Source of the DNA: Candidatus Nomurabacteria bacterium
GTDB lineage: Bacteria > Patescibacteriota > Minisyncoccia > Phycocordibacterales > UBA5272
NCBI GenBank assembly: GCA_028286645.1
Contig: JAQBRF010000003.1
Span: 12,323-76,322 of the forward strand
Direction of reading: 5' to 3'
DNA: 64,000 nucleotides
This document shows, piece by piece, positions 19,296 to 29,648 of the stretch (positions within the stretch are counted from its first letter, which is position 1; each line of letters starts with the position of its first letter). The position numbers were made by a program, and so were the translations under genes. Below the pieces are notes generated by a model. That model had not been told where the DNA came from and did not search any database. It saw only the letters and a list, made by a program, of their open reading frames with translations.

Positions 19296-19398
19296 AATTG
19301 GAGGATTATAGCATAATAATAGCCTATATTTGCCCTTATTTTTATAAGTAAATAGCGCTTCTATTTAATGTTATAATTAAACTACAAGCTCAAACTTT

Positions 19399-20004
19399 AT
19401 GACTGACTCTGAAGATGAATATACAGTAAGCATACGTATTACACTGCCGGATGCAGTAAATACGATACTTAAAAAAGAGAAGGACCGGTTTGTTGTTGAA
19501 TATGGCAGCAGTTACAAATCAGAACCCCATATTACTCTCTATCTTAATAGATATACAAAAGAAGGTTTTCCTAAACTCATCGAAGATCTCAAAGAACTTT
19601 CTCTTTCTCCTTTTTCTTTTACATTACTAGATCCTATAATGAGCCCGGGATATCGCAATTCCTACAATGTGGACGTATCCAATAAAACAGCTTTAGAGAA
19701 AATTCATTTAGCGATAGAGAGTGTAGCTTCCAAATACCAAAGTAAACTTCTTCGAAAAAAAGACCAGGAGCGATTAGAGCGGGGAATCTCTCCAAACTCT
19801 ATAAAATGGGTTCCACATATTACTCTTGGGGAAGTGATAGTCGCAGCACCTCAACCTGATTTAAATGATATTAAGAATAATATACAAGAAATTATAGGTC
19901 AAGAAGTTTTAGTTTCCGATTTTACAGTATTCTTTTATGTAAAGAAAACAGGTGCAGAAAAAGCGGAATCGCTGGCAGAAGTTACGATATCATTTATAAT
20001 TTAA
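19399..20004 (+). CDS. 2H phosphoesterase superfamily protein (LigT-like RNA 2',3'-cyclic phosphodiesterase)
   Basis: Two H-x-T-x motifs: PHITLY and PHITLG. Confidence 0.7.
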   Translation: MTDSEDEYTVSIRITLPDAVNTILKKEKDRFVVEYGSSYKSEPHITLYLNRYTKEGFPKLIEDLKELSLSPFSFTLLDPIMSPGYRNSYNVDVSNKTALEKIHLAIESVASKYQSKLLRKKDQERLERGISPNSIKWVPHITLGEVIVAAPQPDLNDIKNNIQEIIGQEVLVSDFTVFFYVKKTGAEKAESLAEVTISFII

Positions 20005-20013
20005 ATATTAATT

Positions 20014-20832
20014 ATGATTAATAACGATTCTCAAAAAAGATTAGAAAAAACTCTCGAAATAGCTTCGTTGGCCGGTGAAATCCTAATGAAGCATTGGAAA
20101 ACTACTTTAGACATAACCTACAAAAAAGATGAATTTGATCCCGTAACCATCGCTGACCAAGAATCCGACGATTATATTCGTAAGGCAATAAAAGAAGCCT
20201 TCCCAGAAGATTCAATTCTTTCGGAAGAAAATACAGAAAATCCCGATTCATTTGATGGAAAAGTGTGGATGATCGACCCGCTTGATGATACAAAAGCATT
20301 CGCAGAAGGACTCGATTGCTTTTCTGTTAGCATTGGATGTGTAGTAGACGGAAGGCCTAATATAGGTGTCGTGTATGCTCCTGCGCGATCTACTTTTTAT
20401 TTTGGAGGTTTAAGTGTTGGTGGTGCATTCATGCGAAAGAATGGAATAGAACAGAAACTCGAAGGAAGCAGTAGATCTACTATTACAGAATCTAGAATTA
20501 TTGTGGGTTTACCATCTAAGGCGATACGACCTCTCAATGAAAAAGTTGCTAATATTCCATTTTCACAATTCATTGAAGACGGTAGTATCTGTATCGCTCT
20601 CGGACGTCTTGCTGCCGGAGATGCAGAGTGCACCATTAACACAAACCCGCGAGTAAGCAAATGGGATTCTGCTGCCGGACAAGCGATTATTGAAGCGGTA
20701 GGTGGGATTGTAACTGATATACATGACAATCCACTTGATTATACTCAGACAGAACGAAACTGGGAGAACCTGGTCGCTGCATCAGCAAACCCCAAGATAC
20801 ATAAAGAGTTCATAGTCCATCTTAATGCATAA
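20014..20832 (+). CDS. Inositol monophosphatase family protein (SuhB/CysQ-like)
   Basis: WMIDPLDDTKAF (the W-IDP-DGT motif) plus a C-terminal WDSAAG block. Confidence 0.8.
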   Translation: MINNDSQKRLEKTLEIASLAGEILMKHWKTTLDITYKKDEFDPVTIADQESDDYIRKAIKEAFPEDSILSEENTENPDSFDGKVWMIDPLDDTKAFAEGLDCFSVSIGCVVDGRPNIGVVYAPARSTFYFGGLSVGGAFMRKNGIEQKLEGSSRSTITESRIIVGLPSKAIRPLNEKVANIPFSQFIEDGSICIALGRLAAGDAECTINTNPRVSKWDSAAGQAIIEAVGGIVTDIHDNPLDYTQTERNWENLVAASANPKIHKEFIVHLNA

Positions 20833-20835
20833 TAG

Positions 20836-21240
20836 TTATTTCTTTTTGAAAATTGCGTACACAGGTTTGCCTGGCAACTCATTCTGAAATCCCGCTTTTA
20901 CATTCTTTATGCTTGGATAGTTAATCCAGGGGTTCATCCACACCTCATTATGCCGCACTAGCCAATGGCCTATTGGAAACTCCTTGTTCTTTGCTATATA
21001 TACAAATGTCCCATCCTCATGTATTTCCTCTTTGTTCTTTGCCACAACCTTACAATGCATATAGCTCTTCGGATCTGTTAAGATTTGCATAATATGATAT
21101 GCATAAAAACCTCTAAAAGAGGCATTTTCTTCTCCTTTTTTAAATCTCTTTAACATATCTCCATAACCCACCCCTTCAATAAAAGCGGCGCAGGCTATCC
21201 CACATCCCGCCATATGTTCTTGAGCTACCGGTTTTTTCAT
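20836..21240 (-). CDS. Peptidase C39-like domain protein (standalone)
   Basis: QEHMAGCGIACAAF resembles the C39 catalytic Q...CG.AC block, and a downstream His lies in IGHWLVRHN. The protein is 134 aa. Confidence 0.45.
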   Translation of the reverse strand: MKKPVAQEHMAGCGIACAAFIEGVGYGDMLKRFKKGEENASFRGFYAYHIMQILTDPKSYMHCKVVAKNKEEIHEDGTFVYIAKNKEFPIGHWLVRHNEVWMNPWINYPSIKNVKAGFQNELPGKPVYAIFKKK

Positions 21241-21306
21241 TTCCCCATTCTAGAATTTATAATTTTATATGCAAGGGATATACCATATATGGTATAATCT
21301 TCTTTA

Positions 21307-22854
21307 ATGAAATCCGTTATAACCAAGGAACAAAAGGAAGAACTGGTGACCGATCAGCATAAAATTGGCATGTTTATCAAGAAATTGCGAGAGGAGAAAA
21401 ACATTACTCAAGGAGAATTCGCCGCATCCTTAAAGACTTCGCAATCCGCTGTGGCTCGCATCGAATCAGGAAATCAAAACATCACTATAGAGCAGCTTAT
21501 GAAGATGGGCGACGCACTCAACCATAACATTCTAGGCATTCAGACGACCATAGATTTCAAGGTAGAAGGAGGAAGAAAGCTATCCGGTTCCATACAAACA
21601 AACACCTCCAAAAATGGAGCGGTGAACATGATGGTGGCGTCATTAGTTAACCAAGGCACGACCATACTGCGGGATATCCCTCATATTGAGGAGGTTTCCA
21701 GATATAAAGAACTGCTTGAAAGCTTGGGGGTAAAAATCCGCTGGGTATATGATGATACCGCCCTTTCCATAACTCCTCCTAAGAAATTAACATTTTCGAA
21801 AATGGACAAGGATGCTGCGGTTCGCATCAGGTCATTTACATTTGCCGGCGCATTCATTCATTATGCGGAAAGCTTCACCCTCCCCCATTCAGGCGGATGT
21901 AAAATGGGTGAACGAACGGTTGCTCCTCATAAATATGCTCTAGATTACTTAGGAGTAACTATTGAAACAAAAGCCAGCCATTATGTCATAACCCATAAGA
22001 AATTAAAGCCTGGAATTATTCCGCTTTACGAATCATCAGACACTGGCGCGATCACCGCAATCATTGCGGCTTCTAAAATAGACGGAATCACAACCATTAA
22101 ATTCGCGCCGCCTAATTATCAGGTACAGGATGTTTGTTTCTTGCTTCAAAAATTTGGCGTGCAGATAGAAGGAATCGGCAGTACCACGCTCGTCGTTCAC
22201 GGCAAAAGCGATATCAATGTAGATATAGAGCACTATAACAGCGAAGATCCTATTGAAAGCATGTTCTTTTTATCCGCCGGAATAGTCACCAAATCCAAAA
22301 TTACTGTAACAAGGTGTCCGATAGAATTCTTGACCCTCGAACTTGAAAAGTTGAAGAGAATGGGACTAAAGTTTTCTTTATCAAAAGAATATATTTCAAA
22401 AAATGGAAAAACCAAGCTGGTAGATATTACCATATTACCTTCTCATCTAACCGCACCAAGTGATAAAATCCACACCCAGCCATTTCCAGGCCTAAATAAC
22501 GATAACCTCCCCTTTTTCGTACCGATTTCATGCTTTGCGGAAGGCCAAACACTTATCCATGATTGGACCTGGGAAAACCGCGCTATTTATTTTACCGAGC
22601 TTAATCGTCTCGGCGCTGATATCAAGTTGCTTGATCCGCACAGAGCATTAGTTACTGGGGTAAAAAAGCTTCGCGGAGCTCAAATCGTCTCTCCTCCCGC
22701 GCTTCGTCCTACTGCCATCATATTGATAGCCATGCTTGCAGCTGAAGGAGAATCTTTTTTGAGAAATGTATATTCCATTAAGCGAGGGTATGCAGATGTA
22801 GCCGAGAGACTTAATTCAATAGGAGCAAAGATTACCGTGCTTCGAGGGATATAA
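21307..22854 (+). CDS. murA: UDP-N-acetylglucosamine 1-carboxyvinyltransferase homolog with an N-terminal XRE-type HTH domain (fusion)
   Basis: Residues ~20-75 form a classic XRE HTH (ITQGEFAASLKTSQSAVARIESG). The rest is colinear with MurA, including the active-site GGCKMGERTVAPH (catalytic Cys) and a C-terminal YSIKRGYADV. Confidence 0.75.
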   Translation: MKSVITKEQKEELVTDQHKIGMFIKKLREEKNITQGEFAASLKTSQSAVARIESGNQNITIEQLMKMGDALNHNILGIQTTIDFKVEGGRKLSGSIQTNTSKNGAVNMMVASLVNQGTTILRDIPHIEEVSRYKELLESLGVKIRWVYDDTALSITPPKKLTFSKMDKDAAVRIRSFTFAGAFIHYAESFTLPHSGGCKMGERTVAPHKYALDYLGVTIETKASHYVITHKKLKPGIIPLYESSDTGAITAIIAASKIDGITTIKFAPPNYQVQDVCFLLQKFGVQIEGIGSTTLVVHGKSDINVDIEHYNSEDPIESMFFLSAGIVTKSKITVTRCPIEFLTLELEKLKRMGLKFSLSKEYISKNGKTKLVDITILPSHLTAPSDKIHTQPFPGLNNDNLPFFVPISCFAEGQTLIHDWTWENRAIYFTELNRLGADIKLLDPHRALVTGVKKLRGAQIVSPPALRPTAIILIAMLAAEGESFLRNVYSIKRGYADVAERLNSIGAKITVLRGI

Positions 22855-22855
22855 T

Positions 22856-23581
22856 ATGGATTATTCTCGAAAGTACGCAGAGGTAATGAAAAAGATGTGG
22901 TCTAATCCATACAACGATCAGCGACCTTGCGTACTTAGTTGGCTAAATAAATATTGTAAGGAATTTCAAACGGTGTTGGATATTGGTCCAGGAGACGCTT
23001 ACTACCTACAGCAAATTAAACCAAAAAGGTATTGGATTTTTGAACCAAATGATATTCTGGCAGAAATTACCAAGAAAAAAGTAGAGAGTCTAGGAATAGA
23101 ATTCAAAAGATTTAAGACAATAAAAGAAGCGCTAGATCCAGAAAATTTATCTCAAGTAGATGCAGTGCTTATGCTTCATGTATTGCTTTATATGGAAATA
23201 TATCAAATTGAAGTAGTATTAAATACAGCGAAAGACAAAAAAATAATTATGGTAAATCCTTCCCCTGGTGGAGCAGTGACAATTAAATTTGAAGAAAGTA
23301 TGGGAAATTTCAGATCTCAAGAAAGGATACGCTTAAAAGAGGCCATTCTTGGGAATGCACGTTATCACGAAATAGCTAAAACCCATTTCAGACTTACCCC
23401 AGAAATACCGCTGGGTGATTTATCATTTTTAATAGCTCAACTGTCGATAAATGCAAGCATAACCGATACTCATGTGGTCATAATTAAGGCTAATAATTTC
23501 ATAAAGGAGCATATAAAAGAGTGGAAGAAGAAAAATTATATTGAATTACCACAGGAACAAGTGCTTGAATTATTCAATTAG
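22856..23581 (+). CDS. Hypothetical protein (possible SAM-methyltransferase-like)
   Basis: VLDIGPGDAYY is a weak match to MTase motif I. Low confidence. Confidence 0.35.
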   Translation: MDYSRKYAEVMKKMWSNPYNDQRPCVLSWLNKYCKEFQTVLDIGPGDAYYLQQIKPKRYWIFEPNDILAEITKKKVESLGIEFKRFKTIKEALDPENLSQVDAVLMLHVLLYMEIYQIEVVLNTAKDKKIIMVNPSPGGAVTIKFEESMGNFRSQERIRLKEAILGNARYHEIAKTHFRLTPEIPLGDLSFLIAQLSINASITDTHVVIIKANNFIKEHIKEWKKKNYIELPQEQVLELFN

Positions 23582-23611
23582 TAAAGAGGCATTTTTCACA
23601 TTAATCCTACA

Positions 23612-24955
23612 CTATTCTGCCGGAGATATTTTAGCTATATAAACATCTACTCTTCCCTTCTGGTTCCCCCAGTCGCTTGCCCACGCGATCAAGTTTCCAT
23701 CTCGATTAATATTTCCAAAGGCGCTCCGAGAATAATCAGTCGCCGTACTGTAGTGGTGTACAAGCCTGCGTACTTTTCCGGAACCGTCCGTCGCCACTTG
23801 ATAAATTTCACATTGAAATGGCAAGGTTACATTACAAGTATGTCCGCCTCTATCTGCCCCCTCTTCACTTGTAATCAATGCCCACCTTTCATCATCCGCG
23901 AGCATGGAAAAATGCACCTGCCCTTGGCTGTAATCGCTAAATGAAAGAAGATTTTTAGTCAAGTGGGGGGTAGCTAAATTACGGATGCAAAGATTATTCG
24001 GGTCACAGCTTGATACTAAAATTCCTTTTCCTGTATCTTCATGAAAATATCCGTCAACTCCCGAGGCAAGCTTAGTCATTTCCATATTATCTAAATTCCA
24101 CACGTGCGTATTCCCGCTATCGTTTGAGACGGTCAAAAATTTTCCAGACTTATCAATTTGCACTTCGTCTACTTGCTCGTCCACTGGATCAAGATTCTTA
24201 AGAATAACTTTGTCACTGCTTTTTTCCCACACCATATATCCAATGAATTTTCCATTACTATTTGTCACAGTAAAGGCGAAACGATTATCATCCAAACTTT
24301 TCGACATCTGATTTAAGCTCCCACCCGAGAGCATGTAAGAAAAGTCTTTTACAAGCACCATTCCACCTGTAAGAACATTATATGAAGAAAGCCCTGCTCC
24401 CGGGGGACCAGATCTGCAGTACATTACATCTTTATCTGTCGCGCTCCATATCATATCTGATGCACAATTAATATGTGGACTGATTCTATGAGAAAGAACA
24501 AGTGTATCTTTATTGATTTCGAAAAACTCCGGATAAGTGTGTCCTTGGAAATCACATTCGACTGCGATTCTGCTTGAATCCATATTAAAGACCGGCCAAT
24601 ATGAATACCCGATAGTACAACTATTACTTCCGTCTGTCGCGTCAGTTAATCGCATAATGAGAGTGTCAAATATTGGATCGGTTGTAGTAGAACCGCTTGC
24701 GGCCGGCTTCTTTATAGGCACAATTGGGTAGGTTTTATAATTAGGACCACTTTCAATTATTGTGGGTGTAATTTTAGAGGTGGAATTATTAGGTGTTAAA
24801 GCCGTAGTAGTTGTAGCGTTTAGCACTTCCGCAATACTTTGCTTTACGATAGAAGCATGTTTTTTCCCGTATTCTATTAATGCATATATAAAAATCACGC
24901 CTATAATAATAGCAAACACCAGTTTAATGAGATCCTGATTTTTTCTTAAGAGCAT
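23612..24955 (-). CDS. Membrane-anchored secreted protein, beta-propeller-like (hypothetical)
   Basis: An N-terminal TM helix and a Thr-rich linker are followed by repetitive beta-rich segments. Confidence 0.45.
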   Translation of the reverse strand: MLLRKNQDLIKLVFAIIIGVIFIYALIEYGKKHASIVKQSIAEVLNATTTTALTPNNSTSKITPTIIESGPNYKTYPIVPIKKPAASGSTTTDPIFDTLIMRLTDATDGSNSCTIGYSYWPVFNMDSSRIAVECDFQGHTYPEFFEINKDTLVLSHRISPHINCASDMIWSATDKDVMYCRSGPPGAGLSSYNVLTGGMVLVKDFSYMLSGGSLNQMSKSLDDNRFAFTVTNSNGKFIGYMVWEKSSDKVILKNLDPVDEQVDEVQIDKSGKFLTVSNDSGNTHVWNLDNMEMTKLASGVDGYFHEDTGKGILVSSCDPNNLCIRNLATPHLTKNLLSFSDYSQGQVHFSMLADDERWALITSEEGADRGGHTCNVTLPFQCEIYQVATDGSGKVRRLVHHYSTATDYSRSAFGNINRDGNLIAWASDWGNQKGRVDVYIAKISPAE

Positions 24956-24986
24956 GAGAGCAGTTTACTATAGACTTTGACTTAAC

Positions 24987-25598
24987 TTACTTTAAATAGC
25001 TGTACACTTTTTCAGCTATTTTTTTATACCCTGCATCATTTGGATGAACCGGATCAGACATAAGCTCATTAGACCCGAATATCCCCTCTAATACATTAGG
25101 CACTAATATTACTTTTTTATCCTCTGCCAACTTTTTAAATTCTGCTTCGTAAGGATCTGCGATGTTAAAGAGTCCTCCTTGGATTCCAAGTAAAACAATT
25201 TTAATATTATTCGCTTGAAGCCTATCAATTATTTTCCCCAGATTTGAAAATGTTTGCTCCTTTGGAATATTTCCCAGGGCATCATTCCCTCCGAGAAGAA
25301 CCAATACGAGGTCTGGCTTTTGTTTTATCAGTTGATCAATTCTTCCCAAGCCTTCCGCGGTGGTGTCTCCAGGCACTCCCATATTTACAATGTCGTGATT
25401 TAGCATTTTACCAAGAACAGAAACAAAATCATTTCCGCTGGTCGACCCCGTTCCATATACGAGGCTATCGCCAAAGGCCACGACTGTTGAAGTGGAAGTA
25501 ACCAGCGAAGCAGGGCTACTCACTTTCTTTTCCCGGACAAGAAGAATAGCGCCAATAATCGCAATAATTACTAAAATAAGGAAAATGTAATTTCTCAT
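24987..25598 (-). CDS. SGNH/GDSL hydrolase family protein
   Basis: A signal/TM segment, then the VAFGDSL (GDS block) and GGNDAL (block III) motifs. Confidence 0.8.
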   Translation of the reverse strand: MRNYIFLILVIIAIIGAILLVREKKVSSPASLVTSTSTVVAFGDSLVYGTGSTSGNDFVSVLGKMLNHDIVNMGVPGDTTAEGLGRIDQLIKQKPDLVLVLLGGNDALGNIPKEQTFSNLGKIIDRLQANNIKIVLLGIQGGLFNIADPYEAEFKKLAEDKKVILVPNVLEGIFGSNELMSDPVHPNDAGYKKIAEKVYSYLK

Positions 25599-25706
25599 AA
25601 TTATATTCTAGCAAATTAGCAATCTTTAAGTGAAGGCGTCCTTGGTTTATTATCGTGCGGCTTATAAAATAATTACCTTCTTTTGATACTTCGTATTAAT
25701 TAAATC

Positions 25707-26606
25707 TTAATGCACCATGAATCCTCCCGCGACCAAAAGCACTATCATAAAAGCTTTCCAAGCAAAACTCTTCCTATCTAAGCGTTCATTGAGCGAGTAA
25801 TGAAGGACTCCCTGAATTAAGAATGTTACAAAAAATAGTATTAATGGACTTAGCGCTTCCATGGCACTCACTTGAGAAACGGAAGCAAGAGTGAGGGCTT
25901 GGGCGGTAAAAAGAGTGCTGCTTGCATCACAAGTTTTACTAAATACACTCCGAGTTACAAATATCCTCACGGGCCCATCAAAAAGCATGCGTCCTTTTCT
26001 TTGGATTAGGATCAAAAACAAAAGAGAAATTCCTGCCCAAGCCCAAGTATTTGAAAAGAAAGTAGGTGCGTCTATTCCGTAACTTGCATGCATAAACTTA
26101 AAAAGATACGCCTCTATCCCTCCATATGCAGACCAGAATATAAATATGCCAAAAATAGAAAGTGAAAGCTCTTTCTTTAATTTTTTAGTAACTCCATCAA
26201 TTGAGAATCCAATACCTCCTATTACCAGAAGAAGAACACCCATACCTTGTAGAAGGGAAAGTGGCACATGCAGCAAAACAGTATCTATTAAAAGGAATAC
26301 GGCGGGACCAATATACGTTATTGTGCCTATATTAGTAACTTCTATCTTCTTTAAAGCAACGGTATACGAAAGTCCGTAGAGCGCCGATAATAACCCGAAT
26401 AATATTATTCGCCAATCAACCAATACAGATAAATTTCCTCCATACCAAAATAGGCCGAAGATAACTAATATAGCTGTAAATACTACAACACGATAAAAAG
26501 TTGTTATGGCATAATCAAGACTTTTCCCATTAATGAGAGAGTACTTATCTAGAGAGTTTTCAAACGCGTTGGCAAATAAACCTAAAAGGGAGAATACCTG
26601 CCACAT
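25707..26606 (-). CDS. Polytopic membrane protein (DMT/EamA-like, putative)
   Basis: The protein has about 10 predicted TM helices. No catalytic motifs were found. Confidence 0.45.
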   Translation of the reverse strand: MWQVFSLLGLFANAFENSLDKYSLINGKSLDYAITTFYRVVVFTAILVIFGLFWYGGNLSVLVDWRIILFGLLSALYGLSYTVALKKIEVTNIGTITYIGPAVFLLIDTVLLHVPLSLLQGMGVLLLVIGGIGFSIDGVTKKLKKELSLSIFGIFIFWSAYGGIEAYLFKFMHASYGIDAPTFFSNTWAWAGISLLFLILIQRKGRMLFDGPVRIFVTRSVFSKTCDASSTLFTAQALTLASVSQVSAMEALSPLILFFVTFLIQGVLHYSLNERLDRKSFAWKAFMIVLLVAGGFMVH

Positions 26607-26784
26607 AGTTATGTAAGTATAGCAAATTCTTCTATGGCATTCTTAAAACACAGATTGAACCACTTAATAAGGCCTATTACCCTCTTAAATATGGCGTTTT
26701 AGTTTAAATTATTGAGGCCTGGCTAATTATGGCTATAAATTATCGAAAATGCCTAAGTTGAGCTAAAAAGCTAGAAAAGATACA

Positions 26785-26830
26785 TTGACAAAGACTCAAA
26801 TTTTGTTAAGATACTTATATATTCAGTATC
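26785..26830 (+). promoter_or_regulatory. Promoter (TTGACA-17-TAAGAT) with an overlapping palindromic operator GATACT-N9-AGTATC upstream of marR
   Basis: TTGACA at 26785-26790. The inverted repeat GATACTtatatattcAGTATC at 26810-26830 overlaps the -10 and start site. Confidence 0.45.
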
Positions 26831-26839
26831 TTATACAAT

Positions 26840-27283
26840 ATGATCAATCGCAAACAAAAACTAGAAGAATTGATGAAAAGCATTGGGACTTTGCAGCGCA
26901 ATATGGCATTTCGCGGTGCTGATTTTAATAAAATGAATCGGATTACCCCCTCTCAATGGGGAGTCGTCATGCTTATAGAGCAGCAGGACTCGACTTCCGT
27001 TAAGGAAGTTGCAAATGGCCTAGGAATTAGCAGCAGCGCGGCTACTCAACTTATCGATGGATTAGTCGAAAGTGGGTATGTATTGAGAAAAGAGAATATA
27101 AAAGATCGGAGAATTGCGGTACTCACCCTTTCTAATAAAACCAAAAAACATGTCGGCAAGATGAAGGAACAAATGATAAAAAAATTTATAGAGATTTACG
27201 AAGTCTTAACAGATAAAGAATTTAACCAATTTTGTGTTCTGCATAACAAGATAGTACAAAGGCTTTCTACTAAGAATAAGTAA
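26840..27283 (+). CDS. MarR family transcriptional regulator
   Basis: Winged-HTH MarR pattern (VKEVANGLGISSSAATQLIDGLVESGYVLRKEN..DRR). The protein is 147 aa. Confidence 0.8.
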   Translation: MINRKQKLEELMKSIGTLQRNMAFRGADFNKMNRITPSQWGVVMLIEQQDSTSVKEVANGLGISSSAATQLIDGLVESGYVLRKENIKDRRIAVLTLSNKTKKHVGKMKEQMIKKFIEIYEVLTDKEFNQFCVLHNKIVQRLSTKNK

Positions 27284-27285
27284 TC

Positions 27286-28938
27286 ATGAAAAATATATTT
27301 GCATCAATTTTTAAAAAAGTAAAACAATTAAGCAACAAAACCAAAGTCATTCTTGGGGGTGGTTTAGTTTTAATAATAATTATATTAAGCTTATTTTGGC
27401 CGAAAGCAGCAGTTCATCAATTTATAACTGTAAAGGCGGGCCCTATAGATGAGATGGTTTCGGTCACTGGTAATACCGCCCCTTTATCAAGCGTATCTCT
27501 TGGCTTTGGAAATAGCGGGAACATCGCACGAATTGCTTCTTCCGTCGGAAAAAATGTAGTCAAAGGGCAAGTGCTCGCTGAACTTAATACCAGCGATATT
27601 TACTCACAAGTAAGACAGGCGCAAGCAAGTGTAAATAATCAAAAAGCCGCTGTTGCAGCTCAACAGGCCAGCTTATCATCACAAAGAGCAAAACTTCAAG
27701 GAGTTCAGGCTGGATCACGCCCAGAGGATATCGCAACCTCACAAGCATCTTTAGATAAATCCGTCCAAGATCTAGCTAACCTCTATAGCAGCATTAATGA
27801 TATTTCTTTAGATAGCCATGCAAAAGCTCAAGATGCTGTACGCGTCCAGCTTGATCAATTCTTTTCAAACGCTGAAACAAGTAATGCAAAGCTAACATAT
27901 CAATCTGCAAATTCACAAGCTGCCTCAGAAGCAGAAATGCTTAGATTCCCGGTTGCTCAGGCGTTGAACAAATGGCAAACAGAAATTTCAACAAGCGGTG
28001 CATCCCAAACAGAATTAGATAATTTAATTAAAAATGGATTAGCTCATTTAGATCTAGAACGAAGTTTATTAAACAGTCTTTCGAAGACTCTTGATAATGC
28101 GCCGTCACTAAGTACTTCGGCAGTAACTTCATATCGAGCGAGCCTTACAGCAGCCATTAATGAGGTAAATACTGCGGCAAAGAATCTTAATTCTATTTCA
28201 CAAAATATTGCGTCACAAAAGCTTACGATAACGCAATTACAAGCACAGCTAGATTTAAAAAAGTCCGGCTCAACACCGCAAGATATTATGGTGCAGCAGG
28301 CACAAGTAGAAAACGCTGAGGCCGCAGTGCAAGGAGCTCTAGCTTCTGTACAAAGCGCAGAAGCGACTTTACAAGGAGTATTAGCCAAACTTCAAAACTC
28401 GCAAATCATAGCACCTATTAGCGGAGTAATTACACAATTTGATGCGAAGGTGGGACAATTCGCCTCCCCTGGCAATACTCTTATCTCTATAATTTCTCCT
28501 AGTGACTTTGAGGTTAGTGCGCTCGTATCAGAAATTGATGTCGGTAAAATTTCGCTTAATAACAAAGTAACAATGACCATTGACGCATTCCCAGGAGAAA
28601 CATTCACCGGAACTGTCTTTTACATTGACCCCGCTCAGACTACAAGCGGAGGTGTGGTTGGTTACAAGATAAAAGTTACTTTTGATAAGCCTGACGCAAG
28701 AATGAAAAGCGGGCTTACAGTAAATATAGACATAAATACACGTCATAAAGATAATGTGCTTTATCTGCCTCAATCAGCTATTTTGCAAAATGACGAAGGA
28801 ACATTTGTTCAAGTATTAGAAAATAAGACCGTTAAGAATTTACCAGTAACATTAGGTCTTCAGGATCAGAAAGGAAATGTAGAAATTACATCTGGCGTAT
28901 CTCTCGATGAGCAGGTGCTTAATATCGGACTTAAGTAA
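27286..28938 (+). CDS. Efflux periplasmic adaptor (HlyD/MacA-like membrane fusion protein)
   Basis: An N-terminal TM helix, a long Q/A-rich coiled-coil hairpin and a C-terminal beta-barrel/lipoyl-like region. Coupled to the ABC genes. Confidence 0.75.
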   Translation: MKNIFASIFKKVKQLSNKTKVILGGGLVLIIIILSLFWPKAAVHQFITVKAGPIDEMVSVTGNTAPLSSVSLGFGNSGNIARIASSVGKNVVKGQVLAELNTSDIYSQVRQAQASVNNQKAAVAAQQASLSSQRAKLQGVQAGSRPEDIATSQASLDKSVQDLANLYSSINDISLDSHAKAQDAVRVQLDQFFSNAETSNAKLTYQSANSQAASEAEMLRFPVAQALNKWQTEISTSGASQTELDNLIKNGLAHLDLERSLLNSLSKTLDNAPSLSTSAVTSYRASLTAAINEVNTAAKNLNSISQNIASQKLTITQLQAQLDLKKSGSTPQDIMVQQAQVENAEAAVQGALASVQSAEATLQGVLAKLQNSQIIAPISGVITQFDAKVGQFASPGNTLISIISPSDFEVSALVSEIDVGKISLNNKVTMTIDAFPGETFTGTVFYIDPAQTTSGGVVGYKIKVTFDKPDARMKSGLTVNIDINTRHKDNVLYLPQSAILQNDEGTFVQVLENKTVKNLPVTLGLQDQKGNVEITSGVSLDEQVLNIGLK

Positions 28939-28939
28939 A

Positions 28940-29647
28940 ATGATTATTCTTCAAGATCTAAAAAAAGAATATAAACAAGAGGAAACTCCGACCGTTGCAT
29001 TGCGCAGCGTAACTTTTACAATCAATAAAGGAGAATTTGTATCAATTATGGGACCGAGCGGTTCAGGAAAATCAACTCTGCTACATATTTTAAGCTTCTT
29101 AGATCGTCCAACTGGAGGGTCGTACAAGTTTTTAGGAAAAAGCATTGATGATATGAATGATGCGGAGCTCGCGCATGTGCGCAATAAAGATATGGGGTTT
29201 GTATTCCAAGCCTTCAATTTGCTTTCGCGATTAACAGTATACGATAACGTCGAAATCCCCCTTCTCTATTCAGATATTCCTCCGGAAAAGCGATCAGCGC
29301 TAATAACAGAAGCCGTTGAGTCTGTTGGACTCAAAGAGAAACTGCACACTGAAACAGGACGTTTATCTGGAGGCCAAAAGCAGCGTGTCGCTATCGCGCG
29401 AGCGCTCGTGGCAGATCCAAATATAATCTTTGCGGATGAACCGACCGGTAACCTTGATTCAAAATCAGGGCTCCAAGTCATGGAAATTCTCGCAGGTCTA
29501 CATAAAAAAGGCAGAACCATTGTATTGGTAACTCATGAGACCCAAACTGCGGAGTTTGCTGATAGGATTATTTTTATTAGAGATGGTTTGGTAGAAAGCG
29601 ACAAGCCGGTTATTAAGCGCCAAGGCGATGTGAAAACACTAAAATAA
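28940..29647 (+). CDS. ABC transporter ATP-binding protein (MacB/LolD-type)
   Basis: Walker [12 protein letters not shown], signature [15 protein letters not shown] and Walker [13 protein letters not shown]. Confidence 0.9.
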   Translation: MIILQDLKKEYKQEETPTVALRSVTFTINKGEFVSIMGPSGSGKSTLLHILSFLDRPTGGSYKFLGKSIDDMNDAELAHVRNKDMGFVFQAFNLLSRLTVYDNVEIPLLYSDIPPEKRSALITEAVESVGLKEKLHTETGRLSGGQKQRVAIARALVADPNIIFADEPTGNLDSKSGLQVMEILAGLHKKGRTIVLVTHETQTAEFADRIIFIRDGLVESDKPVIKRQGDVKTLK

Positions 29648-29648
29648 T

